Shown piece after piece: positions 16,407-26,803 of a DNA stretch of 39,677 bases. How positions within the stretch are numbered: position 1 is the stretch's first letter; each line of letters opens with the position of its first letter. The notes beneath the pieces are model-generated. The model searched no databases. It saw only the letters and a program-made list of their open reading frames with translations, and was not told the origin of the DNA. This stretch comes from Congzhengia sp. (GTDB lineage: Bacteria; Bacillota; Clostridia; UBA1381; UBA9506): positions 1 through 39,677 of the forward strand of contig JAZNIA010000068.1 of assembly GCA_045577195.1 (NCBI GenBank). Reading direction: 5' to 3'. Position numbers and translations under genes: made by a program.

Positions 16407-17877
16407 TTGAAACCTCCGTAATCTGATAGGAATCGTCCATATATAAAATCAGTTTTCCCTCTGTGTCAATGCCATCTAAAGAAAAAACGGGTGTAATCAT
16501 TTGAATGCGATTGTTTTTCGCCATGGCGCGTACCGCGCCCGTCAGGGACCAATCGGAATAGCTGACGCTTTTCACGTGGTCTTTATAGTAACTGGTTTGT
16601 GGCACGATGACCTCGTGCGGCAACACCAGAACCGTACCTTTTTTGCCGTCCACTACATCTTCGTCTAATGCATGAATCACGTTTGTAACAATCAAAAGGT
16701 CCGTTTCGTTTACTTTTTTATAGGTTGCCGCCTCGTTGATACAGCCGATGGAGAATACAAATACCGTTAAAAATACAAAGGACATTCTCACATAGCGGTT
16801 TTTCAGCAGCATCGCCAAAAGGGGCGCAAGCAGCAGACAAATCCCGGGCAGACATACGACAATGGAGCGATACGTCAGCCAGACATCTGCAACCAAAACG
16901 TTTGGCAGAAGCGGAAAAAACGTCAGCGCAAAACCAAGGGACACGCAAACGTTGGATTTCGCACGCAATTTGTGTTTTTTGCTAAGGTATGCGCACAAAG
17001 CGGAAATGGCGAGCACTAGGATTCCCAAAGTGATTCCATATAGGGGCGATGATGCCAGATGCTTGATGCCGTCCATAAAACCAACCACTGTTGTGCGGAA
17101 AAGACCGACAGTAAAGATATATACAAATTGTGAAACCAGCTCAAGGAGACGCAGCTCAAAATTTGCAAAAGACAAACCGGATGCGCGGCTTCCCATGGCA
17201 CCAATGCCCTGCGCAAGTCTGTAGTAAACCAAAAACAAGAGTGCACAAGTGGCAGGAACGCTTAAAAGCAAAAGCTTTTTATAATGCTTTGTGCGCATAA
17301 CGTGCTTTCCTAAAACAAACAGCTGCAAAATGCCGGAAAAAATCAGAACGGATTCATAAAAACCAAACGACAAAAGGCATACGGCTGCATAAAGCGGCAG
17401 GAATTTCTTTTTATGCGTTGTCAGGTAATGGTTTAAAATATGCGTTGCGAGCGCTGCAAAAAACATTCCGACCACGATGCGCGTGGAGGCGGAAATCCAA
17501 TATGTGCCCTCGAAGGATAACGGTAAAAGTAAATAAACACTATAGAGCACAGGGGTAATTTTGATGCCATGCGCACACAAAACCTTGTTTAAGGAAAAGG
17601 CGGATAGCAGGTGCAGAGCACCAAGCAGCAAAAGCGCAAAAGCCATGTGGGGGAAAAACAGCCCCCAAAAGGCGGGGTCTAAAAGAGCGGCAAAGGGTCT
17701 TGCTGCAATCGTGCCGATGCCTAAATACACATGAGAAAGATCAAACATCGGATAGCTTCCATATTGAATATAGTCATCCAGCACGCAAAAGTAGGAAAAA
17801 CCTGCGCCAAACAGCTTCAGTAGCAGTGCAAGCGCAAAGGCAAGGTCCAACCAGTGCCAGTATGTATGCTTTTTCAT
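16399..17877 (-). CDS. Polytopic membrane protein, possible GT-C glycosyltransferase
   Basis: About 11-12 hydrophobic segments; acidic LDDY after TM1; soluble C-terminal domain; overlaps the tagA start. Confidence 0.65.
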   Translation of the reverse strand: MKKHTYWHWLDLAFALALLLKLFGAGFSYFCVLDDYIQYGSYPMFDLSHVYLGIGTIAARPFAALLDPAFWGLFFPHMAFALLLLGALHLLSAFSLNKVLCAHGIKITPVLYSVYLLLPLSFEGTYWISASTRIVVGMFFAALATHILNHYLTTHKKKFLPLYAAVCLLSFGFYESVLIFSGILQLFVLGKHVMRTKHYKKLLLLSVPATCALLFLVYYRLAQGIGAMGSRASGLSFANFELRLLELVSQFVYIFTVGLFRTTVVGFMDGIKHLASSPLYGITLGILVLAISALCAYLSKKHKLRAKSNVCVSLGFALTFFPLLPNVLVADVWLTYRSIVVCLPGICLLLAPLLAMLLKNRYVRMSFVFLTVFVFSIGCINEAATYKKVNETDLLIVTNVIHALDEDVVDGKKGTVLVLPHEVIVPQTSYYKDHVKSVSYSDWSLTGAVRAMAKNNRIQMITPVFSLDGIDTEGKLILYMDDSYQITEVSND

Positions 17878-17913
17878 AAAACACTCCTAATTATATACAA
17901 TTATACAATATAT

Positions 17914-17942
17914 ATTATAGCACGGAGAAAGCAAAAAAACAA
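17914..17942 (-). promoter_or_regulatory. sigmaA promoter heading the long minus-strand gene run
   Basis: Minus strand TTGTTT-17bp-(TG-n)TATAAT. Confidence 0.65.
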
Positions 17943-17980
17943 GAAAAATTGTCGGTTTTCCAAAGATGTAAAGGAATTGT

Positions 17981-18024
17981 AAAAAAACACAGCAAAACGG
18001 GCCTGAGAGTCGTTTTGCTGTGTT
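17981..18024 (-). terminator. Intrinsic terminator of the ABC transporter gene
   Basis: aacacagcaaaacg / cgttttgctgtgtt 14-bp inverted repeat with U-tract on the minus strand. Confidence 0.8.
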
Positions 18025-18034
18025 GACTGAAATC

Positions 18035-19831
18035 TTATCTGTTATATTGTAAAAGCTCGGCGAATTTTCCGTTTTCTATCCGGCTTAATTCGTCATAGGT
18101 GCCTTCTTCAACAATCTTACCGTAGTCAAAGACCAGAATACGGTCGACGTTGCGAATGGTGGATAACCGGTGTGCAATGATAATCACCGTGTGTGACTGC
18201 ATCAAAGACTCTACCGCCTCCTGAATTGCGCGCTCAGAAATATTGTCTAAAGCGGAGGTTGCCTCGTCAAAAATCAAAATATCGGGATTTCCAAGTACGG
18301 CGCGGGCAATGGCAATGCGCTGTTTCTGACCGCCTGAGAGGTCTAAGCCGCCATCTCCGACAATGGTGTTCCAGCCGTTTTCTAAGTCATTTACAAATTC
18401 ATGCACATGGGCAATTTCCATGGCATTGATAATTTCTTTATTGGACGCATCAGGCCGTGCAATTTTGATATTATCCCAGATAGAGCCATAGAATATAAAC
18501 GTGTTTTGGGGCACGATACCGAAGGATACGCGCAAATCATGCAGGCCATAGTCGCGCACATCTTTTCCGTGCACCTTAACTGAGCCGTTTTGTATGTCAT
18601 AAAGCCGCATGGCAAGTTTGGAAAAGGTGCTTTTTCCGCTGCCGCTGGCACCGACTAAGGCAACACTTTCGCCGTATTTTATGCTACAGTTAAAATCTTC
18701 AAAAATCTTTCGGTTTTCATAAGCAAAATCAACATGCTTAAACTCGACGCAAGGCTTGTTGTGTCGTTTCGCACTTTTGCGTTCGGCTTCTACACATCGT
18801 TGTTTGCTTTTATCCTTTTCAGGTGTTGAGGTGCTGGTCTCTAGCACTTCCATAATTTTATTCAGTCCCGAATCGGCGCTGCTTTTTACCAGCCCCAAGT
18901 TCAGCCAGGAAATCAAAACGCCTAAAATCGAGGTCATGCTGGACAAAAACGCATATAAGACACCAACAGACAAATCGCGGTACACGCAGGAGATTGCGCC
19001 GACAAAATAGACAACTGCCGTGCCAATATACTGAATCAGTTCTGGTTTTAAAGATTCCTTTTGCTGAGAAGAAGAGGCGGTGACGCCACGCTCATACATT
19101 TGCGTTAAAACCTGACGGAAATCCTGGTTTGTTTTATCCTCAATTGCGTACATGCGGATTGCGTCCATCCCATTTAAGGTGTCGGTCAGATACTTACTTG
19201 CTTCGGCCTCGCTCTTGATATAATCGTACGAAACGCGGCGGATTTTGTTGCGGGCAAGTTTGTTGACAAATGCCATCACCATTGCCGTTACCAGCAAAAT
19301 AACTGTCATGACCCAGTCATAGTATAAAAGCGCGGAAAGGGAAATAAACAAAGAAACCGACTGATAGGGCACTGCCATAAAAATCTGGTGCATGTAGGTC
19401 TTAATATTTGCCATGGGAGTGCCTAAAATGCAGTTAAAGAGCTCGCCTGCTGATGTGCTTTCGTAAAATTTCATGCCGATGTGCTGCACATGGGAGAAAA
19501 ATTCGGAGCGCAGGTTAAACAGCGAGCCTTCCAGCAGACGAAACATCTTGTTAAAGCCCATACGCCAAATGGATACCCGCGCGATGGAGATGAGAATGTA
19601 CAAAGAGCAAAGCATTCCAACAACGCGGATTTTTTCATTCCCCTCGAGGGCATCGTTTGAAATTCCGCTGTCAACAATATACTTAATGACCAATGGCTGT
19701 ATGGCAACAAAAACGCCAACGAGTAAGGAACAGGTGACGCAAAAGGTCAGACTTTTCCTGTGCTCACGGATATAGGGCCACATCTGCGCCCAGAAACTTT
19801 TGCTTTTGGCATCGTTTTTCATAACAATCAC
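18035..19831 (-). CDS. ABC exporter, fused TMD-NBD (MsbA/MdlB-like half transporter)
   Basis: 6-TM domain; GASGSGKST, LSGGQKQR, ILIFDEATSALD, AHRLST; start GTG 19831 or ATG 19822. Confidence 0.93.
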   Translation of the reverse strand: MIVMKNDAKSKSFWAQMWPYIREHRKSLTFCVTCSLLVGVFVAIQPLVIKYIVDSGISNDALEGNEKIRVVGMLCSLYILISIARVSIWRMGFNKMFRLLEGSLFNLRSEFFSHVQHIGMKFYESTSAGELFNCILGTPMANIKTYMHQIFMAVPYQSVSLFISLSALLYYDWVMTVILLVTAMVMAFVNKLARNKIRRVSYDYIKSEAEASKYLTDTLNGMDAIRMYAIEDKTNQDFRQVLTQMYERGVTASSSQQKESLKPELIQYIGTAVVYFVGAISCVYRDLSVGVLYAFLSSMTSILGVLISWLNLGLVKSSADSGLNKIMEVLETSTSTPEKDKSKQRCVEAERKSAKRHNKPCVEFKHVDFAYENRKIFEDFNCSIKYGESVALVGASGSGKSTFSKLAMRLYDIQNGSVKVHGKDVRDYGLHDLRVSFGIVPQNTFIFYGSIWDNIKIARPDASNKEIINAMEIAHVHEFVNDLENGWNTIVGDGGLDLSGGQKQRIAIARAVLGNPDILIFDEATSALDNISERAIQEAVESLMQSHTVIIIAHRLSTIRNVDRILVFDYGKIVEEGTYDELSRIENGKFAELLQYNR

Positions 19832-19892
19832 GCACGCTTTCTTTCTTTTTGGAATTGTTCGTTTTTGTTATTGTCTATGCTTGTTTATGGTA

Positions 19893-19921
19893 ATTATAAG
19901 CTTGCATTTTGTAAAAGTCAA
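19893..19921 (-). promoter_or_regulatory. sigmaA promoter for the ABC exporter
   Basis: Minus strand TTGACT-17bp-TATAAT. Confidence 0.8.
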
Positions 19922-20043
19922 TACAAAAAAATGCAAAATTTCATGAAAAGTTTTTGTTAGTAACATCAAAGGCATGTTAAACGGGATTTCAAATGAAAAA
20001 GTTTCTGGTTTATTAAATTTTTGCTACAAATACAAGAAAAAGA

Positions 20044-20072
20044 TTGTATAACAAAGTGAAATATACTATAAT
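20044..20072 (+). promoter_or_regulatory. sigmaA promoter for the ddl gene run
   Basis: TTGTAT-17bp-TATAAT. Confidence 0.7.
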
Positions 20073-20126
20073 ATAATAAGATTGATATAGTTGTATGTGA
20101 ATATGCCATAGAAAGGACGGAAGGTT

Positions 20127-21197
20127 ATGAATCAAACAGTATGCGTAATTTTCGGAGGGAAATCCTCGGAACACGAGGTTTCCTGCATCTCGGCTTACAA
20201 CATTATTTCAAAGCTCAACCGGGAAAAATATAAGATTCTTACGGTGGGTATCACCAAAGAGGGCGAAAGCTATCTCTATACCGGCGATCCTGTACATATT
20301 AAAGATGGCAGCTGGCTGGAAAACCGCGGGAAAGCCTGCGTGATTTCTCCAAACCCTGCCCATAGCGGTTTACTTGTCATGAACAAAAACGGAGATGCGT
20401 TTAAAGAGCATGTTGACGTGTATTTCCCCGTGCTGCACGGCAAAAACGGCGAGGACGGCACCATTCAGGGCGTGTTTGAACTGGCAGGTGTGCCCTATGT
20501 TGGAAACGGTGTTTTATCCTCTTCCCTTTGCATGGATAAAATCATGACAAAACATATCTTAAAGCAAGCAAACATTCCTGTTACAGACGGATTTGATATT
20601 AGTGCATTTGAAGCGGATGCTGATGCAGTTGATGAAACGATTCGTGCATCTTTTGGGTATCCCGTTGTGGTAAAACCTGCAAACGCCGGTTCCTCTGTCG
20701 GAATTTCTTCTGCGGAAAACCGGGAAGAGTTAAAAAAAGCACTCGCGGTTGCAAAAAAAGAGGACAGAAGAATTTTAATTGAAAAAATGCTAGACGTGCG
20801 CGAAGTGGAATGCGCAGTTTTAGGAAGCCATAAGGGAGCAAAAGCCTCCTGCCTGGGCGAAATTGTCAAAACAACTGCAATGTACGACTATGAAACGAAA
20901 TATATTGACGATACATCAGAGCTTGTAATTCCTGCCGCATTGGATCAGGAAACGGAAGAAACAATCCGCGGGCTCGCAGTGCGCGCGTTTATGGCGCTAG
21001 ACTGCACAGGACTTGCCCGCGTTGACTTCTTTATTGACAAGAAAACGGGCGCGATTTCCTTAAATGAAATCAACACCCTCCCTGGCTTTACCGACATCAG
21101 CATGTATCCTAAGCTTTGGGAGGCGAGCGGACTTTCTTGCGATGCACTGCTGGACCGCTTGATTGAAATTGCAAAAGAAGAATTTGGAGGAATTTAA
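20127..21197 (+). CDS. ddl: D-alanine--D-alanine ligase
   Basis: FGGKSSEHEVS, LHGKNGEDG, GSSVG, YDYETKY, NEINTLPG. Confidence 0.96.
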   Translation: MNQTVCVIFGGKSSEHEVSCISAYNIISKLNREKYKILTVGITKEGESYLYTGDPVHIKDGSWLENRGKACVISPNPAHSGLLVMNKNGDAFKEHVDVYFPVLHGKNGEDGTIQGVFELAGVPYVGNGVLSSSLCMDKIMTKHILKQANIPVTDGFDISAFEADADAVDETIRASFGYPVVVKPANAGSSVGISSAENREELKKALAVAKKEDRRILIEKMLDVREVECAVLGSHKGAKASCLGEIVKTTAMYDYETKYIDDTSELVIPAALDQETEETIRGLAVRAFMALDCTGLARVDFFIDKKTGAISLNEINTLPGFTDISMYPKLWEASGLSCDALLDRLIEIAKEEFGGI

Positions 21198-21198
21198 A

Positions 21199-22011
21199 TT
21201 GTCTTCTAGCTACATCGGAATATTTGATTCGGGGCTTGGCGGTTTAACAGCGGTAAAAGAACTGATGCAGCTGATGCCTGATGAGCCGATTGTCTATTTC
21301 GGCGATACCGGTCGCGTGCCGTATGGCTCAAAATCAAATGATACTATTATTAAATATACCAAAAGCGACATCAATTTTTTGACGACTTTTGATTTAAAAC
21401 TGATTATTGTTGCTTGCGGTACAGCAAGCACCATTGCATTGCCCCATGTAAAAGACGGGCTTGGTGTGCCGATTTTCGGCGTGGCGGATGCGGCGGCAAA
21501 AGCGGCAGCGGCGGCCACGAAAAACAAAAAAGTCGGCATCATCGGAACGGCAGGCTCCATCCGTTCGGGTGCATATGAGCGCCTGATTGCAGCGGAGAAC
21601 CCTGAGATTGAAACAGTGTCTGCCGCGTGCCCTTTGTTTGTGCCGTTGGTAGAAACGGGACACGTAACGGGCGAAATTGCACGTCTTACGGCAGAAGAGT
21701 ATCTGATTCCGCTGCGGGAAAAGGGAATTGATACGCTGGTTCTGGGCTGCACCCATTACCCGCTTTTAAAAGAAGTGGTGCAAGAAGTCATGGGAGACGG
21801 GGTTTGCTTAATTGACCCCGGTCAGGTGACGGCAAGCTTTGTAAAGGACTATTTAAAAGAACACGGCTTAGTCGCAGACCAAAAGCCGTCAAGACAATAT
21901 CGGTTTTATGTCAGCGATTGCCCGGACGATTTCATTGCGCTGGGTTCTGCGTTTTTACAGCAGGAAATCCCGGGCGGCGTAGAAAAAATTGATATTGAGC
22001 AATATATGTAA
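21199..22011 (+). CDS. murI: Glutamate racemase
   Basis: FDSGLGG, PYGSK, ACGTAS, GCTHYP; TTG start at 21199 after GGAGG. Confidence 0.95.
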   Translation: MSSSYIGIFDSGLGGLTAVKELMQLMPDEPIVYFGDTGRVPYGSKSNDTIIKYTKSDINFLTTFDLKLIIVACGTASTIALPHVKDGLGVPIFGVADAAAKAAAAATKNKKVGIIGTAGSIRSGAYERLIAAENPEIETVSAACPLFVPLVETGHVTGEIARLTAEEYLIPLREKGIDTLVLGCTHYPLLKEVVQEVMGDGVCLIDPGQVTASFVKDYLKEHGLVADQKPSRQYRFYVSDCPDDFIALGSAFLQQEIPGGVEKIDIEQYM

Positions 22012-22030
22012 ATTCGAAGGAGAAAACAAA

Positions 22031-22459
22031 ATGGAAACAAACGCATGGATCACGTTGTCGGGCAGACAAACGGTGGACGGCGAGGACGACAGCTATGAAC
22101 TGACGACTGCGGGAAGATACATAAAGCGTGACGGAAAATATTACGTTTCCTATGAAGGCAGTGAAATCACAGGATACGACAAAACAACCACAACACTGAA
22201 AATTAAAGACGACTATGTTTCGATGATTCGGTTTGGCATGGGCGGCGGCGCATCGCAGATGGTGTTTGAGACCAACAAGCAGTACACGGGCATTTACAAA
22301 ACACCTCACGGTTCTTTGAGTGTTGACGTGTTCACAAACGAAATGCGCGTCGATGTAGACGATGACGGCGGCGAGGTGGAACTCGACTATTTTATTCAAC
22401 TCAATGATTGCGAGCCGGTACGAAACAATTTGCGTGTGCACATAAGAAAGGCGGAGTAA
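22031..22459 (+). CDS. DUF1934 (YwiB-like) beta-barrel protein
   Basis: YxTPHG motif and conserved position upstream of argS; ATG 22031 after AAGGAG. Confidence 0.8.
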   Translation: METNAWITLSGRQTVDGEDDSYELTTAGRYIKRDGKYYVSYEGSEITGYDKTTTTLKIKDDYVSMIRFGMGGGASQMVFETNKQYTGIYKTPHGSLSVDVFTNEMRVDVDDDGGEVELDYFIQLNDCEPVRNNLRVHIRKAE

Positions 22460-22460
22460 C

Positions 22461-24152
22461 GTGACATTATATGAAGAAACCAAACAATTGATAAAAAAGG
22501 TAACAGAGGATGCACTCCTCTCTGCAAAAGAAAAAGCGCTTTTAACCTTTGACGAAATTCCTGCATATCAGGTGGAAGAACCCAGAGACAAATCCTTTGG
22601 CGATTTTTCTGTGAACACCGCGATGCTGATGGCAAAACAGGTTGGAAAACCGCCCAGAGACATTGCAAATATCATCGTATCCGAAATGAATACGGCAGAT
22701 ACCTATATTCAGGAGACATCCGTTGCGGGCGCAGGCTTTATCAACTTTAAATTAGACCCTTCCTATGTAACCCGCATTCTCGATATGATAGAGAGCCAGG
22801 GGGATTCCTTTGGTGAAACGGATTATGGAAAGGGTAAGACTGTAAACGTAGAATTTGTCAGCGCAAACCCGACCGGACCCATGCATATGGGAAACGCCAG
22901 AGGCGGCGCGTTGGGCGACTGTCTGGCAAACATCATGCGCCTGGCAGGCTTTGAAGTAACAAAAGAATTTTATGTCAATGACGCGGGCAACCAGATTGAA
23001 AAGCTGGCAGTATCACTAGCCGCAAGATACCGTCAGGAAATTCTGGGCGAAGATGCGGTCGAATTTCCCGAGGACGGCTATCACGGTGATGACGTAAAAC
23101 AGCACGCAAAGGTTTTTGCAGAAAAGTACGGGGATCAGTATATTTATATACCCGATGAAGAACTAAAAGCAAAGCTGATTGATGAAACGCTCTATAAAAA
23201 CATTGACGCATTAAAAACCGGTCTTGAAAACTACCGTATTTTTTATGATAAATGGTTCCATGAAAGCACACTGCATGAGAGCAATGCAGTCATGGAAACG
23301 GTAGAGGAGCTGACAAAGCGCGGCTACACCTATGAGCAGGAAGGTGCGATTTGGTTTAAAGCAACGGAGTTTGGCTTAGAAAAGGACGATGTTTTGGTTC
23401 GCGCCAACGGCTTTGTAACGTATTTTGCGGCAGATATTGCATATCATAAAAACAAACTGATAGACCGTGGATTTGACACGGCGATCGACATCTGGGGCGC
23501 AGACCACCATGGACACGTGGCGCGCCTAAAAGCTGCAATGCAGGCACTGGGTGTTGATCCGGATCGACTGGAAGTTATTTTGATGCAGCTGGTGCGCCTG
23601 GTGCGAGACGGAGAAGCGGTTCGTATGTCCAAGCGTACGGGAAAAGCGATTACGCTGGGCGACTTGCTGGACGAAATCGGCGTGGACGCAGCAAGATTCT
23701 TCTTTAACCTGCGCCAGGCAAACAGCCACTTTGACTTTGACTTGGAGCTGGCGGTAAGCCAGTCCAGCGAAAATCCCGTGTTCTATGTGCAGTATGCGCA
23801 TGCAAGAATCTGCGGCATTATCAAGATGCTGGCAAACAAGGAAACATTTGTTAAGCCCTGCAAAGAGCTTGACGTGACGCTTCTTTCAGACTCCAAGGAA
23901 ATTGAGCTGATGAAAGAACTTGCCCGGTTCCCCGAAGAAATTCGTCAGGCAGCGATTGTGAGAGAACCCAGCAAGATTACAAAATATGCAATGGATTTGG
24001 CGGCAGCGTTCCATGGCTTTTACAGTGCATGCAAGGTAGACTGTGAGGATAAAGCTTTGGCAGAAGCGCGCTTAAAGCTTGTTTCCGCAACGGGACAGGT
24101 TATCAAAAACGCCCTTTCCGCAATGGGCATTACGGCACCGGAGCATATGTAA
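22461..24152 (+). CDS. argS: Arginine--tRNA ligase
   Basis: VSANPTGPMHMGN (HIGH), WGADHHG, MSKRTG, YVQYAHAR, C-terminal PEHM. Confidence 0.97.
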   Translation: MTLYEETKQLIKKVTEDALLSAKEKALLTFDEIPAYQVEEPRDKSFGDFSVNTAMLMAKQVGKPPRDIANIIVSEMNTADTYIQETSVAGAGFINFKLDPSYVTRILDMIESQGDSFGETDYGKGKTVNVEFVSANPTGPMHMGNARGGALGDCLANIMRLAGFEVTKEFYVNDAGNQIEKLAVSLAARYRQEILGEDAVEFPEDGYHGDDVKQHAKVFAEKYGDQYIYIPDEELKAKLIDETLYKNIDALKTGLENYRIFYDKWFHESTLHESNAVMETVEELTKRGYTYEQEGAIWFKATEFGLEKDDVLVRANGFVTYFAADIAYHKNKLIDRGFDTAIDIWGADHHGHVARLKAAMQALGVDPDRLEVILMQLVRLVRDGEAVRMSKRTGKAITLGDLLDEIGVDAARFFFNLRQANSHFDFDLELAVSQSSENPVFYVQYAHARICGIIKMLANKETFVKPCKELDVTLLSDSKEIELMKELARFPEEIRQAAIVREPSKITKYAMDLAAAFHGFYSACKVDCEDKALAEARLKLVSATGQVIKNALSAMGITAPEHM

Positions 24153-24180
24153 ACATGTGCCCGATTCAAGGAGGCTACAT

Positions 24181-25626
24181 ATGAAAAAAATAAAGAAATT
24201 GCTTGCACTGGTGTTGGCGGTGATGATGGTTTTGGTGCCGCAAACAGCATTGGCGGCGGAAACGCCCGGAGAAACTTCTGCGCGCTACATAAAAGCAATT
24301 ATCAACAAAATCGCAGAGGATTATCGTTTTCGAGCAGATAAAGAAGCAATGTATGAGGCGGTTTTAGACTATGTGATGAATGAAAACCCCGAACTTTTAG
24401 AGGGAGCCATTAAAGCTGTAACCGATACGCTGGACGATTATTCCGAGTATTTTACTGCGGAAGAACTGGCAACCTTTTTTGATTACATTGAGCAGGCGTA
24501 TGTCGGTATCGGTGTTACCATTCAGGAAACAGACAACGGTATATTGGTGCTGGAGGTTAACCCCAATGGTGGTGCCTTTGATGCAGGCATGCAGCTAAAC
24601 GATATTATCATCGAAGTGGAAGGTCAAAACATTGTCGGCATGGGCAGTGACGTTGTTTCCGGCATGATTCGCGGTGAGGAAGGGACAACTGTGAACCTGA
24701 AGGTGAAACGAGGGGAGCAGGAGATTTCGCTCACCATTGAGCGTCGCCGCATTTTAACCGAAACAGTGGGTTATACCATTGAAGAAGGCGGCGTTGGCTA
24801 CCTTTATATCAGCCAGTTTTCTTCTACCACACCGGAATCCGTTCAAAAAGCGTTAGAAGAGTTTAGAATGCGCGGTATCCGGAAAATGATTATTGACGTG
24901 CGCGATAATCCGGGCGGTGAGCTTGCAAGTGCATTGGGCGTTTTGGACTTGTTTGTGCCAAAAGGCAAGGTACTGACCAAACTTTGTTACAACAATTCCC
25001 GCTATGATAAAGAGCTTAAATCGGAGGCATCCTTTGTCAAAAAACCGGACAGAAAGATTTTAATTCTGACCAACGAAAACAGTGCCAGCGCATCAGAACT
25101 TTTTGCGGGCGCAATGCAGTACCACGGTCTGGCAAAAACGGTTGGCGTGAGAACCTTTGGAAAAGGCAGTATGCAACAATTTATGGGACTGCTTAGTCCA
25201 AATGGCATCCGGCTTGGAGACATTAAGCTGTCGGTTGCAGAATTTACATTACCCAACGGCGGAAAAATCAATGGAGAGGGTATCTCGCCGAATGTTCGTG
25301 TCAAAAATTATTTTGAGCCCTATGACGCATCGCAGCTTACGCCAATGACGCTTGGTGCTAAATATTCTGTTGGAAGCGAGGCAAGCGATGTACTTGCGAT
25401 TGAAGAGCGTCTGGAAGTGCTGGGATATTATCCGGGTAAAGTGGACGGTGTGTTTGACACCTTCACTGCGTCGGCAACGGAGGTCTTTCAGGCAGACAGA
25501 GGTCTTTATGTGTACGGCGTGATGGACTATACCACACAAAACGCGTTGATTGAAGAAATTTCAGAATTTGAAATTGAGATAGACAACCAGTTTGACACGG
25601 CATATAACATGCTTCTGAAGGAGTGA
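24181..25626 (+). CDS. S41 carboxyl-terminal processing protease with PDZ and peptidoglycan-binding domains
   Basis: Signal peptide, GIGV (PDZ), DVRDNPGG, SASASE, TFGKG; C-terminal LEVLGYY..VDGVFD..T..FQ PG-binding motif. Confidence 0.92.
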   Translation: MKKIKKLLALVLAVMMVLVPQTALAAETPGETSARYIKAIINKIAEDYRFRADKEAMYEAVLDYVMNENPELLEGAIKAVTDTLDDYSEYFTAEELATFFDYIEQAYVGIGVTIQETDNGILVLEVNPNGGAFDAGMQLNDIIIEVEGQNIVGMGSDVVSGMIRGEEGTTVNLKVKRGEQEISLTIERRRILTETVGYTIEEGGVGYLYISQFSSTTPESVQKALEEFRMRGIRKMIIDVRDNPGGELASALGVLDLFVPKGKVLTKLCYNNSRYDKELKSEASFVKKPDRKILILTNENSASASELFAGAMQYHGLAKTVGVRTFGKGSMQQFMGLLSPNGIRLGDIKLSVAEFTLPNGGKINGEGISPNVRVKNYFEPYDASQLTPMTLGAKYSVGSEASDVLAIEERLEVLGYYPGKVDGVFDTFTASATEVFQADRGLYVYGVMDYTTQNALIEEISEFEIEIDNQFDTAYNMLLKE

Positions 25627-25631
25627 TACAG

Positions 25632-26783
25632 ATGAAAACAAATCGAAAACTGATTGCAATTGGTCTTGCCCTGATGCTTTGCCTTCCTGTTTGCATGACC
25701 AATGACACGGTAACGGTCGTGCAGGCAGAAACTGTGCAGGAAAAAATCAACAAAGCCAGCAAGGAAAAGCAGGAGGCGCTTGATAAAATCAAGGAGGCAG
25801 AGTCTGCAAAAGACGATGTGGTTGCGCAAAGCGAGCAACTAAATCGCGAAATTGATATTGTGCAGACGGAAATCTTTGAAATTGATGCAATTATTGAAGA
25901 GGCAGATGCAGAAATTGCAAAAAAGGAAGAGGAAATCAAAGCTTATGAGCAGGACATTGAAGCAAGTGACGAGGCGTTTAAAAGCGTGCTCCGCTCCATG
26001 GACGAAATGTCAACCGGATCCTATTTAGAGCTTTTGCTATCCTCTGGAAGCCTTTCTGAGTTTTTGGCGCACGTTGAAACCATTAACGAAATCACGCAGT
26101 ATGATATGGCGATGATAGATGAAATGGTTCGTTTAAAAACAGGTGTTGAAGAGGCAAAGGCTCAGATTGAAGCGAAAAAAGCAGAGCAGGAGGAGGCGCG
26201 CTCTATCGCGTCAGACAAAGAGGCAACCCTGCAAACCAAACTGGACGCAAAAGAAGCGCTTACCAAAGAACTGGAAGCGGATATTGAAAAATACAAAAAG
26301 GTGTATGAAGAAGCACGGCGGCAGGAGGATGCGTTAAAAGCATCAATTGCGCCCGAACTTTCCAAATCTTCGGACACTGTGAAATACACAGGCGGCGTAT
26401 TCTGCTGGCCTGCGCCCAGCTATGTACGCATTTCCTCTCCCTATGGATACAGAATCCATCCGATTTATAAAACGAAGAAATTCCATAGTGGACTTGATTT
26501 AGCTGCCCCCGGTGGCTCTAACATTTTGGCAGCGGCAGATGGTGTTGTAAAAATGGCGGGCTGGAATGGCGGTTACGGAAACTGCGTCATTGTCGACCAT
26601 GGCGGCGGTGTTTCCACGCTGTACGGTCATGCGCAGCGGCTCTTGGTTTCCAAGGGTCAAAAGGTAACAAAAGGTCAGGTGATTGCAAAGGTTGGAACAA
26701 CCGGCGCATCTACCGGTAACCATCTGCATTTTGAGGTGCTGTTAAATGGTAGAACTACCGACCCGATGCCTTATTTGAAATAA
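25632..26783 (+). CDS. Coiled-coil M23 peptidase (EnvC-like murein hydrolase)
   Basis: Signal peptide, long coiled coil, intact HSGLD and HLHF zinc motifs, GGYGN. Confidence 0.92.
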   Translation: MKTNRKLIAIGLALMLCLPVCMTNDTVTVVQAETVQEKINKASKEKQEALDKIKEAESAKDDVVAQSEQLNREIDIVQTEIFEIDAIIEEADAEIAKKEEEIKAYEQDIEASDEAFKSVLRSMDEMSTGSYLELLLSSGSLSEFLAHVETINEITQYDMAMIDEMVRLKTGVEEAKAQIEAKKAEQEEARSIASDKEATLQTKLDAKEALTKELEADIEKYKKVYEEARRQEDALKASIAPELSKSSDTVKYTGGVFCWPAPSYVRISSPYGYRIHPIYKTKKFHSGLDLAAPGGSNILAAADGVVKMAGWNGGYGNCVIVDHGGGVSTLYGHAQRLLVSKGQKVTKGQVIAKVGTTGASTGNHLHFEVLLNGRTTDPMPYLK

Positions 26784-26803
26784 CAAAGCGAAAACGTAAG
26801 GAG

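Noticed and set aside
20127-21197. Ddl as a Van-type D-Ala-D-Lac ligase
   Set aside because: Omega loop YDYETKY retains Tyr, housekeeping context with murI, no vanH/vanX/vanRS
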